Source: Felis catus (lineage: Eukaryota). Taken from it: DNA of 64,000 nt. Shown piece by piece: positions 25,001 through 37,072 of the stretch (position 1 is its first letter; every line of letters starts with the position of its first letter). The stretch lies in assembly GCF_018350175.1 (NCBI RefSeq), contig NC_058368.1:136092001-136156000 (forward strand), in the 5' to 3' direction. The position numbers and the translations under genes are program-made. Below the pieces are notes generated by a model, which was not told the origin of the DNA, did not search any database, and saw only the letters and a list, made by a program, of their open reading frames with translations.

Positions 25001-25509
25001 AACACAAAAAGCTTATGTAGGAGTATGAAGGAAAAACAACACACCTACAAAGAAAAAAAAAAAGCAATATTTACTTTTCTGTTTGAAACCAAGCTCTGTT
25101 GTGCTTGCTGTAACCTCAGTAATGTTACTGAAGTTCAGAGCATCAGTTTCCTGTTCTATACATTGAGGCTAACATTCCTTCTCAGGGTGATGAGTAGAGG
25201 TAAAATGCACATAGTACCTAGAACAGAGCTTTCTAACAAGTGGATAATAATTCAACAGTGACTATTATTTAACCAAGCTAGACTAGATCTAGAGATCTAG
25301 ACACCTTCACTAAAAATTCCAGGTTCACTGATTTTTACTATATTCACTTTTACTCCAATGTGAGTAAAGAGAAATTTAAGACAAACCTTATCACTTTAAT
25401 ACCACGGAAAGCATCAAGTGATAATTAGCCCAATGTGGGGCTTCAACTCATAACCATGAGATCAAGAGCTGCATGGTCCACAGACTGAGCCAGCCAGACA
25501 CCCCAAAAC

Positions 25510-25720
25510 ACTGATCTTTAACTCCGGTTGCACATCAGCATTACCTGAGCAAATTTTTAAAGTTAGGTTTAACTTACAATAAAATTTATCCAGAGCACCT
25601 GTTATGCCCAGCCCCAAACCAATTAAAGAAGGACTGGAATTAAAGCACAGGCTTCAGTAACACTCAAGGCTTCCCACGTGTTTCTAATGTGCAGGCTTGA
25701 GGACCACAGAGAAGCCCTGC
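25510..25720. mobile_element. MER5A-like hAT MITE
   Basis: ttgcacatcagcattacctg ... ttctaatgtgcag..ttgaggaccac resembles MER5A as recalled. Confidence 0.55.
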
Positions 25721-26109
25721 TAAAGCATGTGCAGTCAGTCACTTCTTCACCCGACCTCCAAGTTGTACATAGACAAAATTAGAGGGTTTTTTTTTTTTTT
25801 GTCTCCCATTATACCATGCTTTTATGTGTTCTGGAAGGCCTAACAGTGGGGAAATAAACTACTTGTTACCATCTTAAAAACAGAATGCCTATTTGCAATG
25901 ATGGCTGCTTCTCTTTGTTCTTCCTCTTTACATACTACCTCAACCCTACACGTGCTCCCCTTAAATGGGAATTTAAAACACTGACATTTATTAAAGACCT
26001 CTAATAATTTAGAGACCCAACTTTCTAGTTGTGGAAGCACTGACTTTCTCAACAAATTCTGCTTGGAGAGTTCTAGAATTAAGGAATCTCCTGGCCTCAA
26101 AGCCATTCT

Positions 26110-26490
26110 TTTTTTTTTTTTTTAATTTTTTTTTTCAACGTTTTTGTTTATTTTTGGGACAGAGAGAGACAGAGCATGAACGGGGAGGGGCAGAGAGAGA
26201 GGGAGACACAGAATCCGAAACAGGCTCCAGGCTCTGAGCCATCAGCCCAGAGCCTGACGCGGGGCTCGAACTCACGGACCGTGAGATCGTGACCTGGCTG
26301 AAGCCGGACGCTTAACCGACTGCACCACCCAGGCGCCCCTCAAAGCCATTCTTAAAACAACAAAAATTGGGGTGCGTGGGTAGCTCAGTCCATTAAGCAT
26401 CAGACTTGATCTCAGCTCAGGTCTTGATCTCAGGGTTTTGAGTTCAAACACCTCATTGGGCTCAGTGCTGGGCAAGAAACCTACTGAATA
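26110..26490. mobile_element. Young - strand SINEC_Fc (26110-26339) and older + SINEC (~26369-26490)
   Basis: TSD tcaaagccattctt around the young copy. Confidence 0.9.
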
Positions 26491-27193
26491 AAACCTTTTA
26501 CAAAGCAAAGCCAAAACACATGCTGGCTTTCATTAAAAAACAAAACAAAACAAACCCCCCAAAGCACAACAAAGTAACTACAGTGCAATTGTGAGGTATT
26601 TGTTTACTACTGTAAAAAGGCAGCAGATTGATGAAGTTGCAAGGGTTTAAGTACACATATCATTTAAAGCCATCTTCTTGGTGAGAAATTTTAAGCTGCG
26701 CTCTGAGAGTATTTCTGTATTATTACAAAATTACAATTAATTTTCTATTATTTCTTACATAATTACGTATCAAGGCTGTGGACCTGCATTTTCTCCAACC
26801 CAATGGATCTTCAGAAATGAATGTAGCTACACACACTTTGTGTCTCTTTCATAACATTTATCACTGTAATTGAGTCACCTATCATCCTGACAAGGTTGAG
26901 TCGGAGGTCTGCTTCGAAAATGTTGTATCCCTAGCACCTAACAGTGTCTTTCATATGAGAGGCATTCCATTACTTTGCTAAATGAAGTTCTTATGGCTGT
27001 GGTGGGGAAGCAGAAGATTCATCCAGGGATTGGGATGACTGTAGTCATATAGTTATAGCATGTGCAGCACAGCTGTTCATCTGTGACCCCTACTATGCAA
27101 GCTAAGCTTAGTTCTACCCAGGATTTAAAAAAATTCTTTCCATTCTTAAAAGGAAAACTTCAGAGATTTGACAATTCAATTACTATCACTTAC

Positions 27194-27302
27194 CTCTGCT
27201 TTCTCTGAGAGGTAGTCAAGCTATCCTCTTTTCTTTTTCCCTTGCTAATTTCCTGGGATTTCTTCATGTTTTTCTGGCGGGCAAGTTCTCGCTGATTTCC
27301 GC
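27194..27302 (-). CDS. SERF1: SERF1 coding exon 2 ([36 protein letters not shown])
   Basis: 109 nt; acceptor tttgcag|, donor AG|gtaagt; translation is the 4F5/SERF family signature. Confidence 0.97.
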
Positions 27303-27679
27303 CTGCAAAGTTAAACAGTCATGCTCTTTTCCCATCTCAAAAATTAATACCAATTCCGTTAAAAGACTTATTTAAATGCATCTGAAGTTAGCTTTTTATT
27401 TTTTAACAGGCCAGCAGAGCACTGCACTGAACAGAGTTCCCATAGTAGCCGAGGAAGAAGCTCAAACACAAACACTTCAAGTCTTAAGAGCATTATCATA
27501 CCAATTCAGGTGTTCAATTAATGTAAATACCAGATCACTTATAGTCAGCACTCCACTCCTGTGTCTATATGGGTCAGTACGTTCCAAATTAAGGTCTAGC
27601 TTTTGAGGAGTATGGAGAGAATGATAGATACACAGGGAACACAGCTCCACAAGTTGGCCCATCACAATTCCACTGTTAA

Positions 27680-28480
27680 GCGGGTAAACGCAGCGGTTCG
27701 GGATGCATTACCTGGAAGGGGCAAACAAAAGAACTAGGGAGGGGACTCAATCGGAGCTTCCTCTCCTTCTCAGGCCTTAGGACCTTAAGGACCAACTATA
27801 AACCACTTTCTGACCAAGCCCCGTCCCGGGGCCGCCGTCTTCACACACCTCACCTCCGGAGAGGTGTTCTTTACCCTGTAAACTCGCACTTGGCCGGCAG
27901 GCACACGCCCCACTTCTCAGGCGGGCCCGAAGCTAACCGTCCCTCTCCCTCAGTGGGCTGAGAGAATGGGGTCCCCGCGCCGTCGGACCTAAGGGAATAC
28001 ATCAGCCGGCTCCCGCCTCCTCTCCAGCCGCGCCTACGGACCTCGGCTTCCTCTGCAGACGCTCCCCGCCGCGTCCCTCACCCGTCCGCATACTCACGGG
28101 CCATGCCGACACCCGACCGAACCCAAAAGAGAGCCACTCGGAGAAGCAACGGCCTTCTAACGCTCTCAGCGGTCGTCCCCTCCCGCGGCTCTTGAAGGCT
28201 GAGCCCGCGCCGGCCCTCAGCCGGGCTACGCCTCTGTTCCTTCCATCGCCCCGCCCACCGAGGCCCGATCGCAGCCTCCAGCGAGTCGGGCGGCTGACTG
28301 CGCGTGCGCCGCTGGGCAGGCGGGGCGGTCCTCGCGGTGGGTCCCGGGATGGCAGCTTCTGGAGTTCAATCAGGGCTCGCGTCCCCTCGGTCACGCAAAT
28401 TTGGTCGAGTCTAGAAAGCAGGTCCTGCGTCTGTGGATTTTCCCTACTGTGTACCGAGCCCTCGGGGTTGGCCAGCCCCC
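27680..28480 (-). promoter_or_regulatory. SERF1: SERF1 CpG island promoter
   Basis: CpG-rich; GC boxes (ccccgccc ~28249, ggggcgg ~28322) and an NRF1-like tgcgcgtgcgc at ~28299. Confidence 0.8.
28098..28104 (-). CDS. SERF1: SERF1 coding exon 1 (ATG GCC C)
   Basis: ggcATGGCCC|gtgagt inside a CpG island; 7 coding nt join in phase to exon 2 to give MARGNQ. Confidence 0.92.
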
Positions 28481-28669
28481 TCTTTTTGGTAACGACAAAA
28501 ACAAGCGCCACTATATCTAACTTCTAGACCGAGAACGTTAGCATTCATTAATCTCCTTGCAGAAGCGGGAAGGGGACAAAACCTATTAAGGGTTAACTCA
28601 ATATGCAAAACACAGTTTTGGCTCTTTACATATTTTTTTTTTTTTATGTCAGCAACAAATCTGTAAGTA

Positions 28670-29440
28670 GGCTTCATTGTTCCTATTCTGCGGAAGAGGA
28701 GATTGAGACTCTGAAACGAGGAGCGACTGTCCTAACAGGTAGGGACTCTTAGAAGTGAGATTTATAGTGAAGATGGACTTTAAATCTGTTAATTTCCCTT
28801 TTAGTCTCATTGCCTTTGTCGCGGTGGACAGTACCGAAGGAATTTTAGGTTAATGGCTCTGTGCTTGGGTTGTATGATAGGAAGGGAATAGCAGGGGATG
28901 CAGTTTTATCTCCTATTCACAATAACCTTGGAACGTGGGTAAAAGCCGTGGAGCATTTGCCATTGCTAGAAACATGTGCAAAGATGCCTGAGGTTAGTTT
29001 GATACTTGGGTTTTTCATCTCTCCCGTTACTTATTACAAACAAACGTGTAGAGTTACTCTGTACATCCTAAAATCAACTTTTTATAAAGGTTTTTATGTT
29101 GGAAAATTTCAAACATCTACAACAGTATGGAAAATACTGCAAAGCATTCTCAAGTATATGTGACCAAGCTTTAACAATTTTTATTTTAACTCCTAAAAGT
29201 CACCTATTTTACAGAAGGTAGGACAAAGTGGTGAAGACTTGGAGCTCTGGAGATGGGATGTCTTGGTTGAAAGCCCAGCTCTACCAATGAGTAGATGTGT
29301 GAACGTGGGTGTGTTATTTCATTGCGGTAAAGCTTCCATATTAAATGGGAAGGTAAATGTACCTCTTTAATTAATTGAATTAATGTATGTGAAGTACGAA
29401 GTGTTCAGTATATGTTAGCATTCAATGTTAGCTATTATCA
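28670..29440. mobile_element. Two MIR remnants (~28670-28790, ~29230-29440)
   Basis: MIR core-like phrases (gaggagattgagactctgaa; ggttgaaagcccagctctacca). Confidence 0.55.
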
Positions 29441-30659
29441 ATCTTTTAACCTCAGAGAGCCTTGTGTCACTCACCCTAAACCCCACCTGTCTTCAATACT
29501 GTTTATGAGCCAAGCATCTGATTCCACTTAAACAACCTCTTCTGGAGTAAATTGAGCAGGGGGAAAAGATTGACTTGTGTCCTGGGTCATTGTGAAGAAG
29601 GGAGGGAAGCAATTTGGGATTGGAAAGTAAGTGGAAGCGTTATTGTTTGTGTTTGTAGTCTTAATTTACAGTCTAATTGACCTTTTTCTTTGCGGTTGAA
29701 AATATACTTTGTGAATGGTAGGGATATACTCAAGAGATATTGGGTGTGTCTGCTAGAGAAAACTGAAGACTTTTAAAATTACTCTGATGCCTTTAAGAAT
29801 TTACTCCACAAACTTGGTTGTGTAACATATCTTAAGACTTTATATTTAATAATAAAATTAGATCTGATTCTGTTCCCTTATTTATAGTAATGACAAATTA
29901 AATCCTTGTTATTAATTGCCTTACCTACAGAATTGTGGGAGTGGCCTAGATTCTTAGATGGAACATAACATTTTGGGAAAGGCAATATCTTTATACCAGA
30001 ATATACTGGGCAAAGCTAAATGGTCCTAGTAGTGGCTCCAAGATTCGTGAGACATCTTCAGTAGGGGGCTCTTTGTCAAGTTCTTGACCTTCTTTAGGTG
30101 TATCTGAAGTCCTGTTTCCTTCCCAGATTACTGGAGGGAGCCTACAGAATCCACAGACTTCCATTTTCTTTCCAGTCTTAGAGGAATCTCTTCTCTCTAA
30201 CGTGCTTTCATCCCTCTTACTCTCAAAAACGCTTCTCTTTCTTCTTCTGGATGACATAGCAACCTCTTTAATTAATTAAAGATTTTATTCTTTTGCCTTT
30301 AACATAGCAGGATGTCCTTGTAGAGTTTTATTCTTGAAAAAGGAAGTTGGGCCTGGCTGTTGCAATGCGTCAGGGAATTAAAAAGCTCGCCCATACTGTG
30401 TACAGCCAATCTCATCTATGGCCATTTTTCTTCTAATCATATAAGTCTTCCCTAACCATATTACCTAAAGTAAGCCAGCCTCCCAATAATCTCTTTCATA
30501 ATACTCTTTAAATTTCTTTCATGCATTTAATACACTTTTAATCTTGTTCACTTGTTTTATTTTTTCTCCCCAACCCAGAACACCTTATTTATTGCTCTAA
30601 TGCTACCTCCTGAAGCAGATTATGAATACATATATTAATTTACTATATAACTATATAGT

Positions 30660-31222
30660 TAAATTTTTAAAGTGTTTATTTTTGAGTAGACACAGAGTGC
30701 CAATGGGGGAGGGGCAGAGAAAGAGGGATACCTATATTCGAAGCAGGTCCCAGGCCCTGAGCTGTCAGCACAGATCCCTACACAGGACTCAAACTCACCA
30801 GCCAGGAGATGATGACCTGAGCCCAAGTGGGATGCTAACCGACTGTGCTACCCTGGAACCCCTATAACTATATAGTTTTAACTATAAAACTTTTTGAACA
30901 CGTACATTAAAAAGTATACAAAGGTATACGGTGAATGATCTTCATGCCACGACATGTTTCCCGTAAACCTAGTTCCCCTTACAGGAGATAACTTACCAGT
31001 TTCTTCATACTTGAATTTGTAATCTATGTTCTACTCAATTTAGAATTTCTAAGCCCTGGGGATGTGCTGGCGAACAGGCACTACTCTACAAGACCTTCTT
31101 CTTCTTCTTTTTCAAGTTTTTAATTATTTTTCATAATCTCTACCCCCAATATGGGGTTCGAACTCATGCCCTGGTATCAAGAGTGGCAGGCTCCTCCGAC
31201 TGAGCTGCTAGCCAGGCGCCCC
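30660..31222 (-). mobile_element. Two SINECs upstream of BDP1 (~30660-30863, ~31100-31222)
   Basis: TSD tataactatatagtt around the first. Confidence 0.85.
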
Positions 31223-31329
31223 ATGATTTTAATAGTCTTATAAAGGGTCTTGGGTCTTAAAAGGGTCTTATAAAAAGTCTATAGAGGGTCTTGACTACCT
31301 CCTTTCACTCGTTTCTGTAACTCCTAGGG

Positions 31330-31711
31330 ACGCTGGGAGAGGGGAGAGCTGACCACGGAACATCTCAATTTCCGGTTCACTAGTAACTCTGTAGTTTGAC
31401 AGTTACCATGGCTCCGGGCGCTGTGCGTCTTACGCTTTTCCTAGGCGCTGGCTGATGGCGTAATCAGTTCCGGCGCCCTACGAGGGCGGGGAAGCAAGGT
31501 ACTGGGGGAAACTTAGCAGGGTCATGAAGAAGAGGCGGCGGCGGGAGGAAGGAGGAGGTGGCGGGGGTATGAACCTGCGGTAGCTGCCCGCTGGGCTGGT
31601 GGTGTGGCCGTGTGGAAAGGACGTAGTTCTTAATCCCTTCTCCCGGCAGCAGCCGGGGCTCGGGGCTGAGAGCGGCCGTGGGGCCGCCTCCCCGGGCCCC
31701 CTGGCTCCGCC
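31330..31711 (+). promoter_or_regulatory. BDP1: BDP1 CpG island promoter / 5' UTR
   Basis: CpG-rich; ETS-like ttccgg (~31370, ~31468), RFX-like gttaccatgg (~31402), YY1-like gatggcg (~31454) and GC box gagggcgggg (~31482). Motif calls are by eye. Confidence 0.8.
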
Positions 31712-31923
31712 ATGTTCCGCAGGGCACGCCTTAGCGTGAAGCCGAATGTCAGGCCTGGTGTAGGCGCCAGGAGCTCCTCCGCTCCCAACCCCCAACGTGG
31801 ACAAGAGGCTCCCAGGCCCCCGGATCCTGCAGCCGCTTCTTCCCCGAAGCCAGCGGAGTCTACAGATGTGCCCCCGGTGGATTTCGGGGGAACGGAGCCG
31901 CAAGAAAAGCCTCCCAGGAGCAG
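31712..31923 (+). CDS. BDP1: BDP1 exon 1 (MFRRARLSVKPNVRPGVGAR...)
   Basis: Recognisable BDP1 N-terminus; gccATG; 212 nt; donor AG|gtaaga. Confidence 0.96.
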
Positions 31924-32472
31924 GTAAGAGCATGCAGAGAGGAGCATTTTCATCTGCCCCGCCTCTCTGGGCCTGTCACCTGGAATATGACCCCATGAAT
32001 TTACTTTAGGAGTATTCTGTCGCTTGCATTGAGTCTTACAGTTGAGACTCTATGAACCTACTCCAAACTGCAGTTTGTCACTCTGGCCACAGGGTGTGGC
32101 ACATGTGGATTTTGTTAAAGGTCTGTAGTTTCTCCGGGTGGGAATCTTGTCTTCAAGTGGTGGTGAGAAGAGTCCAGGTGTAACAGTCTTAACGTGAAAT
32201 TTACACGTGGTAATGTTAGAGAGCTTAGATTACTTTGCCGTAGTTTTTTTTTTTTTCTTCCTTCTGGAGCACTTTGCAGGGGTAGGTACTTTTTTAGATT
32301 TTCAAAAAAACATTGATATAGTCTTAAAAGACCAGTGTTACATTGGTTATGCTGAGTTGTGTCAGTGGGGAGGAGATATGGCTACTTGATTTGATTCCAG
32401 GGCGTGCCCCTTTATAGTGGCCATGTTTTCTGAAGGGAAAAAGCATGTGCTAATACCACATTTGGAGTCAGG

Positions 32473-32720
32473 ATTTTTTTTTTTTTCCTTTAAAAAATTT
32501 TTTTAAATTTAATGTTTGTTTATTTTTGTAAGAGCGGGAGAGGGGCAGGGGAGAGGGAGACACAGAATCTGAAGCAGGCTCTGAGATGTCAGCGCAGAGT
32601 CCAACACCCAGCTGGACCTCACAAGCACAGAGCCCAACGCAGGGGCTCGAACTCACAAACCGTGAGATCATTACCTGAACCTAAGTGGGACTCTTAACCG
32701 ACTTAGCCGCCCAGGCGCCC
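32473..32720 (-). mobile_element. SINEC in BDP1 intron 1
   Basis: SINEC body; caggat(t/g)tttt flanks. Confidence 0.88.
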
Positions 32721-34044
32721 CAGGATGTTTTTCGTAATTTAACAGTTTATCAGACTTTGCCCAGGCAGAATTTGCTTATCTGTAAAATGGAAATAATATT
32801 CTCTGATTTGGAGAGTCAAGTTATTGTGGAGTTTAGAAAAAACTGACAAACTCTTGAATAGGACATGGCAGAATAGTTGTCTACAAAAAGTTATCTTTTT
32901 AAAATAAAAGCAATGGTAGTAAATAACAAAGTAGTTAAAATTAAGCCATGTTGGGCTACTAATGGTCTCTGTTTCTGTAATACATATGCGAGGAAACTAA
33001 TAAAAATGGATCCGATTAAATGACAATGAGATGGTGTAAATTCTTTGTATGCTCTAACCAGAAGGTGAAAATTTTATCCTTTTCTTTTTGGCCTAACTTC
33101 CTCTGTTGGCCTGAACTGGTGCTGGGTATAGGATGTTATTTTGCCAGCTTATTGATACTTAGTAATATCCATGTTTCTTATATGAATATTTTTTCAAAAT
33201 TTCTCCTCAAAAAAGAAATACAAGTAACAGTCACTGTTAATAAAGTTTGCAGAGATCCTGTTAACTACATACAGATGCACGATGATTGATAATTTAATAA
33301 ATTACTGTGATTCTGTAGTCTTGAGACATTAGAGGTTGGGAATATTTGCTTTCTTAGAGTTGGCATTTAGGGAGTATATTTGATTTTTTTTTTTTTTTTT
33401 TACTATGTGTTTTTTTGCGGGTCTTTGCAGCTGTATAAATCTATAGGGTGTATGTTTTGTCCTCAACGATTCAACATAATTGAATGAAATGCACAGATGC
33501 ATGTATCATTACAAAGCCTGATCTCGGTGTCATAAGTTTGGGCCCTATGTTGGGTGTAGAGATTACTAAAAAAAAAAAAAAAAAAATTAAAAACATGGAG
33601 CTATCTTGCAAATAACCTGGAAAGGTTATTCTATAGGTTTAGGCATTTTCTACTTTTACATAAAACTAATAACATGAAAAATGTAGACTGCTTTTAATTC
33701 TTACACCCTCTCTCTTCTTGACTTAATTTGCTTTCAGGCCATTCCTGAAATGTGTATATCCGATCTGAACCATATCTAATATGTATTCTGGAGTGACCAA
33801 GTACTTTTTTAAGTTAGGAGTTTGATAGCTGTGTAAGTATTCATACCAGACGAAAGAGGAATGATTTCTACCTCAAACAGTATTTGATTGGATTAATGTA
33901 GCTCAATGTATATTCTCAAATACTGTAGTAGAGATATTTTAGAAATTTGATGTTTTGTGTGTTTGGTTTGACTCATCTCAGGTTGATAAAGTAATTTATA
34001 ATTTAGATCAGGTAGGGGGATGTCAATATAGATTATAAACTTAG

Positions 34045-34927
34045 TTTTTTTTAAATTTTTTTTTTCAACGTTTTTTATTTTTGGGACAGAGAGAGACAGA
34101 GCATGAACGGGGGGGGGGGCAGAGAGAGAGGGAGACACAGATTCGGAAACAGGCTCCAGGCTCTGAGCCATCAGCCCAGAGCCTGATGCGGGGCTCGAAC
34201 TCACGGACTGCGAGATCGTGACCTGGTTGAAGTCGGACGCTTAACCGACTATACCACCCAGGCGCCCCTATAAACTTAGTTTTTGAAAAAATAATTGTCG
34301 GGGCACTTGGGTGGCTCTGTCGGTTAAGCGCCCGACTTCATCTCAGGTCATGATCTCACGGTCCATGAGTTAGAGCCCCGCATTGGGCTCTGTGCTGACA
34401 GCTCAGAGCCTGGAGCCTGCTTCAGATTCTGTGTCTCCCTTTCTCTCTGCCCCTCCCCCCCTCTCCCTTTGTCTCTCTCAAAAATTAATAAAGATTAAAG
34501 AAAAAAACTTAAAAAAAATAAAACAATTGTCAGTTATATAGTGATTCAAAGTAGGGTAATAGAGTTTTAATTTGTAACTTGGCCTTTTGTTTTTCTTGAA
34601 CGAGTTAGGATGAGCATAAACTTATATGTTCTAATGCACTAAGGGGCTTGATGTTTGAAAAAGATCAGCAGTCTTTGTTAGAATTTATGCATCTGTTAAA
34701 ATTTTAGTAAAGGGGTGCCTGGGTGGCTCAGTCGGTTAAGCGTCCGACTTCGGCTCAGGTCATGACCTTAAGGTTCACGAGTTCGAGCCCCGCCTCAGGC
34801 TCTGTGCGACAGCTCAGAGCCTGGAACCTGCTTTGGATTCTGTGTCTCCCTCTCTATCTGCCCTTCCTCCACTCACACTCTGTCTCTCAAAAATAAATAA
34901 ACATTAAAAAAAAAATTAAAAAAAATA
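34045..34927. mobile_element. Three SINECs in BDP1 intron 1: - 34045-34268, + ~34300-34520, + 34712-~34927
   Basis: TSDs tataaacttagtttt and aaaattttagtaaa. Confidence 0.93.
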
Positions 34928-35108
34928 AAAATTTTAGTAAACAAAGTTTTTATTGAAATCTGTCATGAATAATGTGTATCTCAAGTCGTTGATTGTTTTA
35001 ATAATGAGATTTTACTGGTTTAGATTTTTACCAGGCTAGTTTTTAAAACTAGAATATGAAAGATCCATGGTGTCCTTTTTTTTTTTTTTTTTTTTTTAAT
35101 TTTGACAG

Positions 35109-35382
35109 TGATGAAAAGACTGACAATGAGAATTATGTTGAAGAATCCAGTAAGTCTTCCTCTGCTGTTTCACAGAGAAGAAAGCGAATATCAAGTACTA
35201 CTCTGGTTAAGCCTGGTGTCAGTGTTCCTTCAGAATCTCATCCCTTATCTACAGTTAATCAAGAAGTTCCACAGCCAAAGCCTATTTCAACAAAAGAGAA
35301 ACAGCCATGTTCAGACAGATACCGAATATATAAAGCCCAGAAACTAAGAGAAATGTTAAAAGAAGAATTGAGAAAGGAGAAG
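35109..35382 (+). CDS. BDP1: BDP1 exon 2 (DEKTDNEN...LREMLKEELRKEK)
   Basis: Acceptor ttgacag|, donor AAG|gtaagg; 274 nt; phase consistent with exon 1. Confidence 0.95.
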
Positions 35383-35602
35383 GTAAGGGAGAAAAATCAC
35401 ATTTGACTGTTCCTACTAGGTTTCTGTTTTTATGTTAGGCATCATTTGGAGGAATAATATCTGTAGTATTTAATGGAGCATAACCAGTTAATGTTCCTTA
35501 TTTTAATAGAAGATCCCCTTTTGTGAATTGAATGATTAATAAGCGCGATGGACTTAATAAGCTATTTTTTCCGCTACGTTAATTTTTATATTCATCTATA
35601 TC

Positions 35603-35829
35603 TTTTTTTTTTAATTTTTTTTTAATGTTTTTTATTTATTTTTGAGTCAGAGAGAGACAGAGCATGAACAGGGGAGGGGCAGAGAGAGAGGGAGACACAG
35701 AATCCGAAGCAGGCTCCAGGCTCTGAGCTGTCAGCACAGAGCCCGACGCGGGGCTCAAACTCACGAACCGTGAGATCATGACCTGAGCCAAAGTCAGATG
35801 CTTAACTGACTGAGCCACCCAGGCGCCCC
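35603..35829 (-). mobile_element. SINEC in BDP1 intron 2
   Basis: TSD tcatctatatcttt. Confidence 0.93.
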
Positions 35830-36129
35830 TCATCTATATCTTTGATTGATTTTGGTGAAGACCAAAAATAGAAGGTTTGTTTCTACACACATAGAAAATA
35901 TACAAAGCATATTTATAAAATAAACTTTAAGTATGATTTTTCGTGACATGAATAACATTCATTTGAATTAAGACAAACTTGAGCAAAATGAATTGGTAAT
36001 ATTTTATAAATTGACAGTATGGAAATTATAAATGGGAAAAATTTGCATTTATGTGTATAGTAAAGCCTATCTTTTTAATCTTGAAGAGCGATTATTTTTC
36101 CAACATTGCACTGTACCAATAGTGAAGCA

Positions 36130-36540
36130 TGTAAGCTCTGCAGTTAGATACTTAAGATTTGAATCTTAGAGTCATCCCTTAGTATGTGTCATTGGGCAAT
36201 TTAATTGATTTTTCTGTATGTATCCTCATCTGCAAAATAAGACTGATGATAGTATGTATCTCATTGGAGGGTTGTAAAGATTGGATGAGTAAATATATGT
36301 AAAACACATTTAGACTAGTGCCTGGCAAACAGAAGGAGCTTAACAAATGTCAGCTTTTATTATTACAAAATCCCCTTGTTAATTCAGAGGAAGGCACTTA
36401 GTATGGTGCTTTATATTATTCTATCATCTTTGTGTAGTAGATACCACTGTTTTACGCAGGTGGAAACAAGTTTAGAGAAGTTATTTGCTTTGTATCACAT
36501 ATCAGTGGGATTTGAATCTATGTTGTTTAAAATCTAGGTC
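36130..36540. mobile_element. MIR remnants
   Basis: cctcatctgcaaaataagactgatgatagta and related MIR core text. Confidence 0.6.
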
Positions 36541-36962
36541 TCTAAAGATGTTCTATAGAATCTGCTTAGGTAGATTTATTTTCAGGAATTAAAAAATTAA
36601 ACATTTGCTTTGAGAATTTTGTAAAATTCACAGAAATCTAGTTCATTACAGGGTAAACAAAAACTATGTATTTATAAGTGCTTAGCAAACTATTATAGTT
36701 AGAAGGCATTAGTAAGTATGATTTTATACGTTGAGCTTTTATCCAGACCTAGACACTTTAGTTTTTAAAATTCCTTGATGTGCTACACTGTTTAATAATG
36801 CAGTTTATGAAGTTTGTCCTAAAATTGGGAATAATCATGATAAGAATAATACTAAATCACTTGCAATGAATATAACAGTGGGATATACCTTTGAATATAG
36901 TACATGTGAAATTCTACATTTATAAAAGAAAAGTGGATCTTTGTGTGTGTTTGTGTGTCCAG

Positions 36963-37072
36963 AAACAATGGAAAAACAAATATGCCATAAATGAAAGTCA
37001 GAAGCCACCAGATCGTTCAAAAATGACTATGAGAGATTTCATATATTACCTGCCAGATAATAATCCAATGAC
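36963..37072 (+). CDS. BDP1: BDP1 exon 3 (KQWKNKYAINESQKPPDRSKMTMRDFIYYLPDNNPM)
   Basis: 110 nt; gtccag| ... AC|gtaagt; conserved MTMRDFIYY motif. Confidence 0.96.

Noticed and set aside
28002..28527. 169 aa and 111 aa ORFs over the SERF1 promoter (likewise 31464-31953 at BDP1)
   Set aside because: Shadow ORFs of CpG islands, with low-complexity R/G/P/A composition and no recognisable homology.
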